Below, one piece after another: positions 40,602-49,316 of a stretch of 64,000 nt of DNA. A program made the position numbers and the translations under genes. Origin of the DNA: Candidatus Latescibacterota bacterium (lineage in GTDB: Bacteria; Latescibacterota; UBA2968); NCBI GenBank assembly GCA_965204375.1, contig OZ241986.1, positions 2,400,001 through 2,464,000 on the forward strand, given 5' to 3'. Positions within the stretch are counted from its first letter, which is position 1. The number at the start of each line of letters is the position of its first letter. A model generated the notes under the pieces. It saw only the letters and a program-made list of their open reading frames with translations. It had not been told where the DNA came from and made no database searches.

Positions 40602-40633
40602 TTAATCGAATGAACAGACAGAAAGCGGAAAGC
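40602..40633 (-). promoter_or_regulatory. Candidate alternative-sigma promoter of bilABCD: GCTTTCCG-N17-CGATTAA
   Basis: Plus strand ttaatcg (40602-40608), 17 nt, cggaaagc (40626-40633); identical boxes and spacing at 45612-45643. Confidence 0.7.
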
Positions 40634-40646
40634 TTTAAAAAAATTT

Positions 40647-43600
40647 TTATGGGAGAGTTAGTGGTCCGCGAGGCGTAGCAGCACAGACAAAAAAATGCGG
40701 GCATCGCGGGCATGTAAATTCGTCGATATTGGAGGGAAACCATCCTTGCGTAATCTCAGCCAACATTTCATTAATCTTACGTCGGTGATTTTGGAGTCTT
40801 GTCGACGAGATCGGCACATTGTCGGATATCCCATCTACAAGGTGCAGCGCTCGAATCACCGCATCGGTACCAAAGTGTTCTTGACCGGCCAACATGTATA
40901 ATATGTAGTCAAGACGGCTATATTCATTACTACGCTTGTGACCAGGGCGAACCTTATATAAAGCGACTTTTTTGTTAGGTAAATCGGTGATCTCATTTGG
41001 TTTTACAAACACGCGACCATTTGGAAAATCTACTGCTAACGGTTCAGCCTCACGGGAATGCCATCCAGTTCTGGCTCTAATTAGGGTACCGACTAATTGC
41101 AAGGCGAGGCGGCGGTATTCGTCAGCGTAAGTATGTGCAACGGGCCCGTGTTTGCTCCAGATTATGTCGAATGTGGCTTCAGCTTCGGCGAGCGTCGGTT
41201 TGACTTCGCGCCAGCGCTCGGATACCCATTGTATTAGTTTGTAGAGACAATCATGGGCTTGCGAATAGGCAGTCGATTTACGAGCACTACCAAGGCCCAA
41301 TATATGGGTGTAGAAGAAACGGCGAGGACATTTCTCATAGGAAATAAGCTGACTGTCTGTGACGTGCCATTCGGTAGATTGCTCCACTTGGATAGGTATC
41401 GGACTTTGTATGTTAGCTGGCCGCGGCAAGACCACCGGATGGACAATTTTGTCGATTGTCCTATCTGGTAGCCAATCTAAGAAAGGAGATGATGATCGGT
41501 TCTTGCCACTGACACTTCGACGTGCTAAGTGGAGGCGCAGATAGGTCCGCGCTCGCGAGAGCGCAACGAAAAACAGGCATTCCTCCTCGTTTTGGTGGTT
41601 CAGCTTGGCCTCTTTAGTGACTGAAAAACCATCTACCCCTTCAATCATGCCGACTGGCGGTGGGCATCGCACGCCGCGGTACGACGTTGGCAAGCTCGAA
41701 ACCGTCAGTCCGGGTACATGGACCGCTTCAAACTCCAGACCTTTACTACCATGAATGGTCATCAGCCTCACTGCATTCATACGGAGTGCGGCGACAGGCA
41801 CTTGACGTAAATCTCGCTCTTCAGCGAGTAGTACGAGCCGACGGATACGTTCTAGCGTTCGCTGAATCAGTAAACCCGTGCCACTCGGAATCTGCTCGCG
41901 GATAAAATTAAGGAACTGCCAAACTGCAATACTCCGAATGCGGTCAGTGACCATCGTAGCTTGGGCCATCTCACGGACGAGGCTAGTGCGGTCAAGCAGA
42001 TACGTTGAAAGAAACTCCCAAGCGGACAAGTTAGTAGAGAGTCCCGATAGGTCCTGCGCGAGACGAGTAAGTGCTGACGCACCTTCAGGAGAGATACCTT
42101 GAGCCTTAGCGAGTGTTTCTATACCCGAAAGGGCTGGCTGATTGCTCTCTCGCAAATAGCGCGAGGCGGTATAGGCATCTTGCAACGAGAGACCGTAGCG
42201 CGGCATTGCTCCTACCCGCGTAAGACCATCACCAAATGGATCAACCGCAAGGCTTAGAAGTGCTAGTAAATCACGCACTTCCTCGCGCTCAAACAAGCTA
42301 CCGAGATGAAGAGAAGGAATGCCGTATGCTTCAAGTGCTGTGGCGATTTCACTAAGACGACGGTTTGAGCGACAGAGTACGGCCTGATCGCGAAGGGGAA
42401 CGCCAGCACATTCGAGTTCTCGAATGCTTCCGGCGATACCTCCGACTTCGTCGTCGGGTGTGTTGTAACATCGGACTTCTGGTTTTCCGGGACCAATGCC
42501 TCGGTCAGCATCAAGGTTGAGTGGTAACATGTCCTTGGATTTGGATGCACCCATCTGGGGAGCTACAGCAACGAAACTCGCAACAATCTGCTCCGTTGAT
42601 CTGTAGTTGGTAGTAAGTTGATCAATTACGGCCCCAGGATAGTCGTCGCAAAAACGAGCCATGTTGGTAGAGGACGCTCCCCGGAAGCGGTATATGGACT
42701 GGCGTGAGTCTCCAACTACCCACAGACGCTTGCCATCACCGGCGACTGCTTTCAACAAGCGTGCGCTCGCCCGGTTTACATCTTGGTACTCATCAACCAG
42801 AAGATGTCGGTGCCGCAATTGAACTGCGTGCTTGATTGCCGGATCGGATTCCAATAGTAGTACAGGTTGCATAATGAGATCGCCAAAGTCGATAGCATCT
42901 TGTTCACTCATAACGCTTTCATAGAGGTCGTATATATCGGCGATTTCCAAACACTTCTCGGCTGCTATGCGAGCTTCATCGTCGCATGCAGATGATCGCA
43001 TAGCCTCAGCGAGCTTGCGATAGTGGAACCGATCAGCAAGTTCATCCTTAGCCCGCGAGATGGCAGGAATTACATCTCGTAGTACTATCGTTGGGTCCCA
43101 GAAGTTGCGGTAGTGGACAAGGGGCAAAGTCGGAAGGATATCTTCAAGCATCTCAATCGCATCACTGCGGTCTAACAAAATTGGATCAGGGGATAAGCCA
43201 AGGCGGTCATGGTGTCGACGTATCAGATCAAGCCCGAAAGCATGGAATGTCCCAATCCAAATACGTTCAGCGGCCTCGGGCACTATGGCCATAAGTCGTT
43301 CCAGCAGTTCGCCAGCGGCTCGGTTTGAGAAGGTCAGGACGAGCAAAGCGGAAGGATCAATACCCTCTGCTATAAGTGATTCTACACGCTTTACTAACGT
43401 CCGCGTTTTTCCCGTTCCCGGCCCAGCCTGAAGCAGAAACGGGGCGTTGCGGTGTGTAGCTGCACGGTCCTGTGATGGATCCGAGATCAATGTCTGGATT
43501 GAAGCCATGGTAGAAGTTTCACCTTCTACTGTTTCATCTTCTACCGTGGGAAGTAAACAGGCATCAAATATCTGCTGCCGAACGAGTGCCTTTGGCAGAT

Positions 43601-44093
43601 TCATTTGCGAAGCGATAGCCGAGGCGGTCATTTTCTCTTTAAGATGAAGCCGACGTGCGAGACTCCGAGGTAATAGAAATTCCCGAGCGAAAACATCGGC
43701 CTGTAGTTCGCGTCGCTCCCGCGTACCATAGTCTTCGACACGTTGCAAACCAACGGGTACCGTCTCTGTTGAACGGGATGGGTCAATGTCACTCTCAGTA
43801 CAAGCCATCGAACCAGTGTGGGCATGTGCATGTCCAAGTTCATGAGCCACTAACAACGCACGTTTAATGACATCCTCTGTCTGTTCACAGCAGATTGTCC
43901 TGCTCTGTTCGTCAAACACAGCCCGGGCATTTTTAAGAGCTGGATCACCTGGTTCAAGCCAGAAGAGTTCAAGGTCGAGGTAAGCCACAGCAGCAGTAAT
44001 AAGTGCCGTAGTATCCAAAGGGTCTATCCCCCCTGAGATAATCTTATCGTGTAGATGTGCCGCGGACTTTCGAATTGGCTCAAATGCGTCCAT
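40647..44093 (-). CDS. Fusion of ImmA/IrrE Zn-protease domain, UvrD/Rep SF1 helicase and degenerate PD-(D/E)XK Fe-S domain
   Basis: AHELGH...E.QAD.FA..FLLP; AGPGTGKT, VDEYQD, GD.RQSIY.FRGA, NYRS, TIHGSKGLEF, VALSRAR; S....YE.CPRRF.Y and CPRCPHFFVC. Confidence 0.88.
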   Translation of the reverse strand: MDAFEPIRKSAAHLHDKIISGGIDPLDTTALITAAVAYLDLELFWLEPGDPALKNARAVFDEQSRTICCEQTEDVIKRALLVAHELGHAHAHTGSMACTESDIDPSRSTETVPVGLQRVEDYGTRERRELQADVFAREFLLPRSLARRLHLKEKMTASAIASQMNLPKALVRQQIFDACLLPTVEDETVEGETSTMASIQTLISDPSQDRAATHRNAPFLLQAGPGTGKTRTLVKRVESLIAEGIDPSALLVLTFSNRAAGELLERLMAIVPEAAERIWIGTFHAFGLDLIRRHHDRLGLSPDPILLDRSDAIEMLEDILPTLPLVHYRNFWDPTIVLRDVIPAISRAKDELADRFHYRKLAEAMRSSACDDEARIAAEKCLEIADIYDLYESVMSEQDAIDFGDLIMQPVLLLESDPAIKHAVQLRHRHLLVDEYQDVNRASARLLKAVAGDGKRLWVVGDSRQSIYRFRGASSTNMARFCDDYPGAVIDQLTTNYRSTEQIVASFVAVAPQMGASKSKDMLPLNLDADRGIGPGKPEVRCYNTPDDEVGGIAGSIRELECAGVPLRDQAVLCRSNRRLSEIATALEAYGIPSLHLGSLFEREEVRDLLALLSLAVDPFGDGLTRVGAMPRYGLSLQDAYTASRYLRESNQPALSGIETLAKAQGISPEGASALTRLAQDLSGLSTNLSAWEFLSTYLLDRTSLVREMAQATMVTDRIRSIAVWQFLNFIREQIPSGTGLLIQRTLERIRRLVLLAEERDLRQVPVAALRMNAVRLMTIHGSKGLEFEAVHVPGLTVSSLPTSYRGVRCPPPVGMIEGVDGFSVTKEAKLNHQNEEECLFFVALSRARTYLRLHLARRSVSGKNRSSSPFLDWLPDRTIDKIVHPVVLPRPANIQSPIPIQVEQSTEWHVTDSQLISYEKCPRRFFYTHILGLGSARKSTAYSQAHDCLYKLIQWVSERWREVKPTLAEAEATFDIIWSKHGPVAHTYADEYRRLALQLVGTLIRARTGWHSREAEPLAVDFPNGRVFVKPNEITDLPNKKVALYKVRPGHKRSNEYSRLDYILYMLAGQEHFGTDAVIRALHLVDGISDNVPISSTRLQNHRRKINEMLAEITQGWFPSNIDEFTCPRCPHFFVCAATPRGPLTLP

Positions 44094-44096
44094 AGA

Positions 44097-44750
44097 TTAG
44101 AACCTCAGAAGTTGATGCTTTTGTCCCTCGTTGAGAGCCGAACTCTGAATAGCCTCGACAAAGCTCTGTTGCTGGCTGCTCTCAGGCTTATTGTCAGCCT
44201 TGTAAAACTGATGACTAGCACTCACACTTGGTGCAGCAAAGTGGGCAGTTAATAGGTTAGGTGTAATCCCTAGTACATCTGCAAGGTACTGTAGAAAACT
44301 ACGTGGAATGGTATCCGGCTTGATTTGGCGATCTCGCAGCTTGATAACGAAAACAGTGTTCACGTCGATTCGATCCGCTAAAGCTCGAAAATCTACCTGG
44401 CTTAGTTCAGCGATGGGATTGGGAGCATCTGTAACTCCCAGCAAAGGAACGTGGTCACTTGGCGCCCTGGTCGCTTGGCGCACCGTGTGTAAACGATTCT
44501 GGAATCGACTTATTGCGCGCGAGACGGCGGGACTCACATAGTTTAGATCAATCTCCGCCTCCGCGTCGACTTCTAGCTCAGGTCGGAGAACGTCCATAGC
44601 GAGTTCAATAGCGAATTCCGTGAGTGAATCGGCATACTGAGGGAACCGCCGAACGAAATCGTCAAGAAGTTCTGCGTCGGGTACACTCTTCGCTAGCGAA
44701 AGATCATACAACACATCACGCAATGGTGCCCCGCTGGGGATCAGGGTCAA
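44097..44750 (-). CDS. Hypothetical protein with C-terminal XRE-like HTH; candidate anti-sigma factor / protease substrate
   Basis: TTG start with strong AGGAGG RBS, 2 nt after the sigma stop; ALADRIDVN...KLRDRQI...LADVLG resembles an XRE HTH; FYKAD..P motif. Confidence 0.6.
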   Translation of the reverse strand: MTLIPSGAPLRDVLYDLSLAKSVPDAELLDDFVRRFPQYADSLTEFAIELAMDVLRPELEVDAEAEIDLNYVSPAVSRAISRFQNRLHTVRQATRAPSDHVPLLGVTDAPNPIAELSQVDFRALADRIDVNTVFVIKLRDRQIKPDTIPRSFLQYLADVLGITPNLLTAHFAAPSVSASHQFYKADNKPESSQQQSFVEAIQSSALNEGQKHQLLRF

Positions 44751-44752
44751 GG

Positions 44753-45553
44753 TTATACCTCCTCCTTAAATATAGAAAGTTTTACTGCTGCCCTTGACAG
44801 GCGGTTACGAATAGTTCGGCCAGAGACTTTGCAGATAGTCGCTACTGTCACTTCATCGGGGTTCCGAGATTCAATCTTGTATCCCATTACATGGCAGAGT
44901 ATGACAGCCTCACGCTCGTCATCCGGCAAGGTATCAATCGCTTCGTAAATCTCTTTTAGTAGAGCAGCACTGTCGGTTTTCTCTGGACTCTGCAAGGCTT
45001 CTATGAGTCGGGCGGGAATTTCCTTATGGGTGTGAGACTCGGGCGCATCGGCTTGACTCGGAAGGGGTCTGAATCGCTTGAGACGAGTTCTTTCACTTCG
45101 GATCAGATCTTTGTAAAAAGCACGAAACGCCAGATTGAAACGACATTCGAAATAGTCAAGACGGTCACGATTTTCTTCCGTACCATCGGTGGCAAATAAC
45201 TCGCTGAACTGCCCAAGTACTTCTTCCCGGACATATGCCGCGTTTGAAAGTTCGTTATCCTGTATTTTGGCCAACAACATTTTTTCACATCGGGTGAGCA
45301 AAATAGGAAACACTGCATTTAATATAGCGTCGTCGTTATTTCGACAAGCATTCCGGATTAGATATACCAGACATTCAGAAAGTAAATAGTTGGGTAACTG
45401 AGCGTCAGTGACAGTGAGGCGGTGCTTAAGCGTTGCCAACTTCTGGGAAAGAATCTTATTGATCTGTGCCTCTACTCGCTCCGGACGGACGTATAAATTT
45501 CCGTCTGAATTTCTTTTCGTCAATGGGCGAGCCATTATCTTCTTTTTACGCAT
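44753..45553 (-). CDS. ECF-like sigma-70 family factor (start 45553 or 45535)
   Basis: Region 4-like AIDTLPDDEREAVIL....GY...VATIC.VS.RTIRNRLSRA..KL; region 2-like E.RF......Y.D.IR. Confidence 0.7.
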   Translation of the reverse strand: MRKKKIMARPLTKRNSDGNLYVRPERVEAQINKILSQKLATLKHRLTVTDAQLPNYLLSECLVYLIRNACRNNDDAILNAVFPILLTRCEKMLLAKIQDNELSNAAYVREEVLGQFSELFATDGTEENRDRLDYFECRFNLAFRAFYKDLIRSERTRLKRFRPLPSQADAPESHTHKEIPARLIEALQSPEKTDSAALLKEIYEAIDTLPDDEREAVILCHVMGYKIESRNPDEVTVATICKVSGRTIRNRLSRAAVKLSIFKEEV

Positions 45554-45611
45554 ATCTTCCTTTCTTTTTTTATGCAACATCAGATAGCGAGTAGGGTTTC
45601 TTCCTACTCTT

Positions 45612-45643
45612 TTAATCGTATTGTAATGGAAAAGCCGGAAAGC
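45612..45643 (-). promoter_or_regulatory. Candidate autoregulatory sigma promoter GCTTTCCG-N17-CGATTAA
   Basis: ttaatcg (45612-45618), 17 nt, cggaaagc (45636-45643); twin of 40602-40633. Confidence 0.7.
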
Positions 45644-45745
45644 GATCTTCACTATCGTTCATTATGATCGTCAACCTCTAATAAAAATCGCATAATAAAT
45701 GTTAGCCGATTAACCACTTGCGGCTAAAGGCTCTGTTGTGTTATC

Positions 45746-45774
45746 TTTACAAATAGAAGATACCAGATTATAAT
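45746..45774 (+). promoter_or_regulatory. Sigma70-type promoter for the XRE-IrrE operon
   Basis: TTTACA (45746-45751)-N17-TATAAT (45769-45774). Confidence 0.65.
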
Positions 45775-45785
45775 ATTTTCGTCAA
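45757..45785 (-). promoter_or_regulatory. Sigma70-type promoter for the sigma/anti-sigma/helicase operon
   Basis: TTGACG (45785-45780)-N17-TATCTT (45762-45757), overlapping the opposite promoter. Confidence 0.6.
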
Positions 45786-45809
45786 TCCCCTATTTCCGAA
45801 ATCGACAAC

Positions 45810-46181
45810 ATGAAAAGAAAAATTTCATCTAAACCATCTGAGGTCTTCAAGGACCGCCTTCGAGCGGCACGGGAAAATCTCCGTCAAATGACTCAGGTTG
45901 ATCTCGCCAGAGCAATCGGTCTGCCGCCAAGTTCCATTGCTCATTTCGAGAGTGGTAATAGAAAGCCCTCGTTTGATAATCTACACAAGATAGCCAACGC
46001 GCTAAACGTGACGACCGATTATCTCGTTGGTCGAGCGGATGATCCAAACACCACCGCGTCGGCCGATCCGATCTATCGGCACGTTGCGAATCTCACGGAT
46101 CAGAACCGCAGAACCGCCGAGGACTTTCTCCGTTTTCTCTCCGAACAAGACCGGAGACAACGCGAGGGCGATCATCAATGA
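45810..46181 (+). CDS. XRE-family HTH repressor (CapH/ImmR-like)
   Basis: RL..AR....MTQ.DLA...G...S.I.HFESG.RKPS..NL..IA.AL.VT.DYLVGR. Confidence 0.9.
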   Translation: MKRKISSKPSEVFKDRLRAARENLRQMTQVDLARAIGLPPSSIAHFESGNRKPSFDNLHKIANALNVTTDYLVGRADDPNTTASADPIYRHVANLTDQNRRTAEDFLRFLSEQDRRQREGDHQ

Positions 46182-47065
46182 GGAAAGTATCCAGCCATCG
46201 TCAAAAGTCGCTGGTGCGAAGAGCTGAACGGTTACTCCAAGACGAAAGCCTTTTGGAGTTGCCTGTTGACCTTGAAGCCCTGGCCCAGACCCGAGGGATA
46301 TTCGTTCAGGAAATGGAGTCGGACGAGGAAGGGGTATCGGGCATGCTCCTGCGCTATGGTGACACATTTGGGATCCTATATTCTACTCAAATTCCGAACA
46401 TAGGATTTCAGCAGTTCAGTATCGCCCACGAACTCGGTCACTACTTTATTGACGGCCATCTGGACCAAATTCCATTCGACGGTAATATGCACCGTTCACG
46501 GGCAGGTTTCGTCTCCAATAATTATTACGAACGCGAGGCCGACCACTTCGCCGCCGGTCTCTTGATGCCAATTACACCCGTTCGCAGGATTATTGACAGA
46601 TCTCCCGGCGGTTTTGGCAGCATCGAAGCTATTCAGCAGGAAACGAATGCCTCTCTTACAGCCGCAGCTATCCGCTATGTTGGAATGACAGACGAGGCTG
46701 TGGCCATCATTGTCAGTAGCGATGGAATCGTCGATTATTGTTTTATGTCCGAGACTATGAGGTCGTTAGAAGGAATAGAGTGGCTACATAAAGGTACGCT
46801 GGTCCCATCAGATACCACTACAGAGTCTATTTGGAATAAATCGGAAGAAGAGCAGCGCGAGGCTTATGCCGAAGACGACGTCGATATCACGGCTTGGTTT
46901 GGGGGCCACAGGTCAGTTGCAGCCTGGGAGGAAGTAATCGGACTCGGAACCTATGGACGAATACTAACAGTTCTGACCTGTCCTGATCTAATCGATGATG
47001 ACTATATGGACGAGGTCTCTGACGAGGCATTGGAGGAGAGTTGGACACCTCGGTTTCGGCGTTAA
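46178..47065 (+). CDS. ImmA/IrrE-family metalloprotease (CapP-like)
   Basis: FSIAHELGH, EREADHFAAGLLMP, SLTA.AIR, C-terminal GAF-like extension; ATGA overlap with the XRE gene. Confidence 0.9.
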   Translation: MRKVSSHRQKSLVRRAERLLQDESLLELPVDLEALAQTRGIFVQEMESDEEGVSGMLLRYGDTFGILYSTQIPNIGFQQFSIAHELGHYFIDGHLDQIPFDGNMHRSRAGFVSNNYYEREADHFAAGLLMPITPVRRIIDRSPGGFGSIEAIQQETNASLTAAAIRYVGMTDEAVAIIVSSDGIVDYCFMSETMRSLEGIEWLHKGTLVPSDTTTESIWNKSEEEQREAYAEDDVDITAWFGGHRSVAAWEEVIGLGTYGRILTVLTCPDLIDDDYMDEVSDEALEESWTPRFRR

Positions 47066-47162
47066 GCAACCGTTAGGCTATATCCATGCATACTGTAATG
47101 GAATTACTTGAATACATGCGTCGTGTAAAACAGTGGGTAAAGGAGTTTTAAAAATACTTCTT

Positions 47163-48590
47163 ATGGAAAAGTTTAAAAAAATAAAACAACTTTCAGAACT
47201 AAACTTTTCAAATAGAGGAGAATCATTTGTTGAGTCTAAGTTTTTGACGCCTCTATTAGATTGTTTAGGCTATGAGAGTCATAATGACTATGAGGTTCGC
47301 CGACACGGTGATACAGGAACATCTTTCAAACTTAATTATCCCCCAGTAGAGAAAGGAGCAAAAAAAGTAAAGTACTACAACCCAGATTATATGCCTACAA
47401 TCCGCAAGAAGATATTTTGGATTATAGAAGCAAAATCGCCTAAATTGGTGCCTTACCCTTTTGAGTATAAGTACATTGTGCAAGGACTTCAGTACTGTAT
47501 TCATCCCGAAATCCAAGCAAAATACCTTGTTCTGAGTAACGGTAAACACACCTGTATATATGATCCTCATTCAGCGATATTCTTTAATGAGAACATCTAT
47601 GAGCCAGTGTTTGAGTTTAGAAGTAATGAAGTTTATGAAAAATGGGAGGAAGTATATAATTTTTTAGGCGTTGAGAAGCTAAGATCAAAAATAGAAGACA
47701 GCCTAAAAAGTTATTATGAAAAACTGTGCCTATCTTCTCTTGATGAGGACTATCCTGAAAAAGTTGGAAAAAAAATAACTAGCGAGCAATCCGCACTAAA
47801 ACATCAAATACGGAACCACGTAGCAAAGCTATATGTTAAAATGACAGATGACGACTACTCCCGGCTTCAACATAAGTACGAAAACTTTTCATTAGCTAAT
47901 CTAGAGAATTATATGAAGAATCCTGTAACAAGAGGTAAAGAGCCATCCCAACATTATGTAGAAAAGTTGCTCAAAGAAAAGCCGCCTGATGAGATATTTT
48001 CTTTGCTTATTTCTAATTACAACGATTTCAGTTTTTTCCAAAAACAACACTCTATGGTTGCGGTCTGCCACTTGCATAATCTAATAGGTAATTCTCAATT
48101 GAAACAGACTATAAAGGCTTATGTCCTTCGCAAAATATCAGACAAGATTCCCATACTGAATAAAGCAGAAAGTGCCTTTCTAAGAGTGATTAGAAAACTA
48201 TTAATTATCGGAGAATATCCCAAAATAAGACAAGTGCTATCTGAGTATTTAAGGTCGCTTCCTGAAATAGATAGATTTGTCAATCCGCCAACGCCTCTAT
48301 ACTACACATATCCAATTGAGCTAATACTTCACGATCATTATTTTAAGATTCTTAAGAATATGACTTCAGAAGAGTTAGAGTTGTTAACCCAAAAACTGCT
48401 TAAAGAAGAAGCCGAAATTGAACAAGCCTTTACAGAAGCTTGGGAATCACTACCAGGTAATGAAAAAGAAATAAATGGTTTCGAGTCTTATGGATTGGGG
48501 GACAAAATGTATACACTTGGAAATATAGCTAAGAATTTTGGTATAATCTCACGAGAACACTTAGACTCTTTGCGAATTATTCGACACTAA
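47163..48590 (+). CDS. HsdR-N-like PD-(D/E)XK nuclease domain plus helical C-terminus; candidate defence protein
   Basis: E..VE..F..PLL..LGY, PDY.......WIIEAK, Q...Y, VLSNG; visibly AT-rich. Confidence 0.7.
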   Translation: MEKFKKIKQLSELNFSNRGESFVESKFLTPLLDCLGYESHNDYEVRRHGDTGTSFKLNYPPVEKGAKKVKYYNPDYMPTIRKKIFWIIEAKSPKLVPYPFEYKYIVQGLQYCIHPEIQAKYLVLSNGKHTCIYDPHSAIFFNENIYEPVFEFRSNEVYEKWEEVYNFLGVEKLRSKIEDSLKSYYEKLCLSSLDEDYPEKVGKKITSEQSALKHQIRNHVAKLYVKMTDDDYSRLQHKYENFSLANLENYMKNPVTRGKEPSQHYVEKLLKEKPPDEIFSLLISNYNDFSFFQKQHSMVAVCHLHNLIGNSQLKQTIKAYVLRKISDKIPILNKAESAFLRVIRKLLIIGEYPKIRQVLSEYLRSLPEIDRFVNPPTPLYYTYPIELILHDHYFKILKNMTSEELELLTQKLLKEEAEIEQAFTEAWESLPGNEKEINGFESYGLGDKMYTLGNIAKNFGIISREHLDSLRIIRH

Positions 48591-48742
48591 CAGTTGGGGA
48601 ACCTGTAGTCATTGCTTCTATTTTGTTATCTAGGGATGATAAGGTGTTGTAGATAATCAATGCCTCGCTGGAACAGGATCATGGCAGGAACGAAATCTCG
48701 CTTTTATATACACGGCTCAATCAGAGATAGAGGACGACAACC

Positions 48743-49291
48743 ATGGCTATCCCAAATCCTATCATCAAGTTTACCTACGAAGATTACCTGAACACGCCGG
48801 ACGACAAGCGTTACGAACTTTTGGACGGAGAGTTAGTTATGCCCCCTGCCCCAGGAGAATTTCATCAAAGTGTCTCTATCCAACTGGGGGCAAAACTGTT
48901 CCTATTCACATCTGAGCATAGCCTGGGCCGGATCTATCACGCGCCCTTCGACGTGGTGCTATCAGATATGGATGTGGTGCAGCCCGACCTGATCTTCGTC
49001 TCCAATGAACGTGCCGATATCATCACTCCTGCGAATATTCAAGGTGCACCAGACCTCGTCGTCGAAATTCTGTCTCCTTCCACAGCAACACGAGACAAGA
49101 CCTTCAAGCGTAGCCTGTATGCCAGGCACGGTATAACCGAGTACTGGATGGTCGATCTAACCGAAAAAAACATAACAATCCTGCGCCTTGGCGAGCGCGG
49201 ATTCGAGGTAGTCAATACCTATGGTGAAGGGGAAACATTGACTTCGCCCACATTGCAAGGATTCACTTTGAACCTCGACGACATATTTTAA
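48743..49291 (+). CDS. Uma2 (DUF820) family endonuclease
   Basis: RYEL.DGEL, HQ, QPDL.FV, APDLVVEILSPST..RD...K..LY. Confidence 0.92.
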   Translation: MAIPNPIIKFTYEDYLNTPDDKRYELLDGELVMPPAPGEFHQSVSIQLGAKLFLFTSEHSLGRIYHAPFDVVLSDMDVVQPDLIFVSNERADIITPANIQGAPDLVVEILSPSTATRDKTFKRSLYARHGITEYWMVDLTEKNITILRLGERGFEVVNTYGEGETLTSPTLQGFTLNLDDIF

Positions 49292-49316
49292 GTGCTCGCA
49301 GCAGGGCCACCGAATT

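Noticed and set aside
40647-41370. C-terminal four-Cys domain as Cas4
   Set aside because: It is fused to a UvrD helicase, the catalytic motif looks degenerate and there is no CRISPR context.
45707-45713. Third CGATTAA box on the plus strand
   Set aside because: No GCTTTCCG 17 nt upstream, so it is not counted as a promoter copy.
47061-48600. Integron cassette (GTTAGGC before the gene, CTAAC over its stop)
   Set aside because: The inverse core does not fit RYYYAAC, no attC hairpin follows and no intI is present; short matches could be chance.
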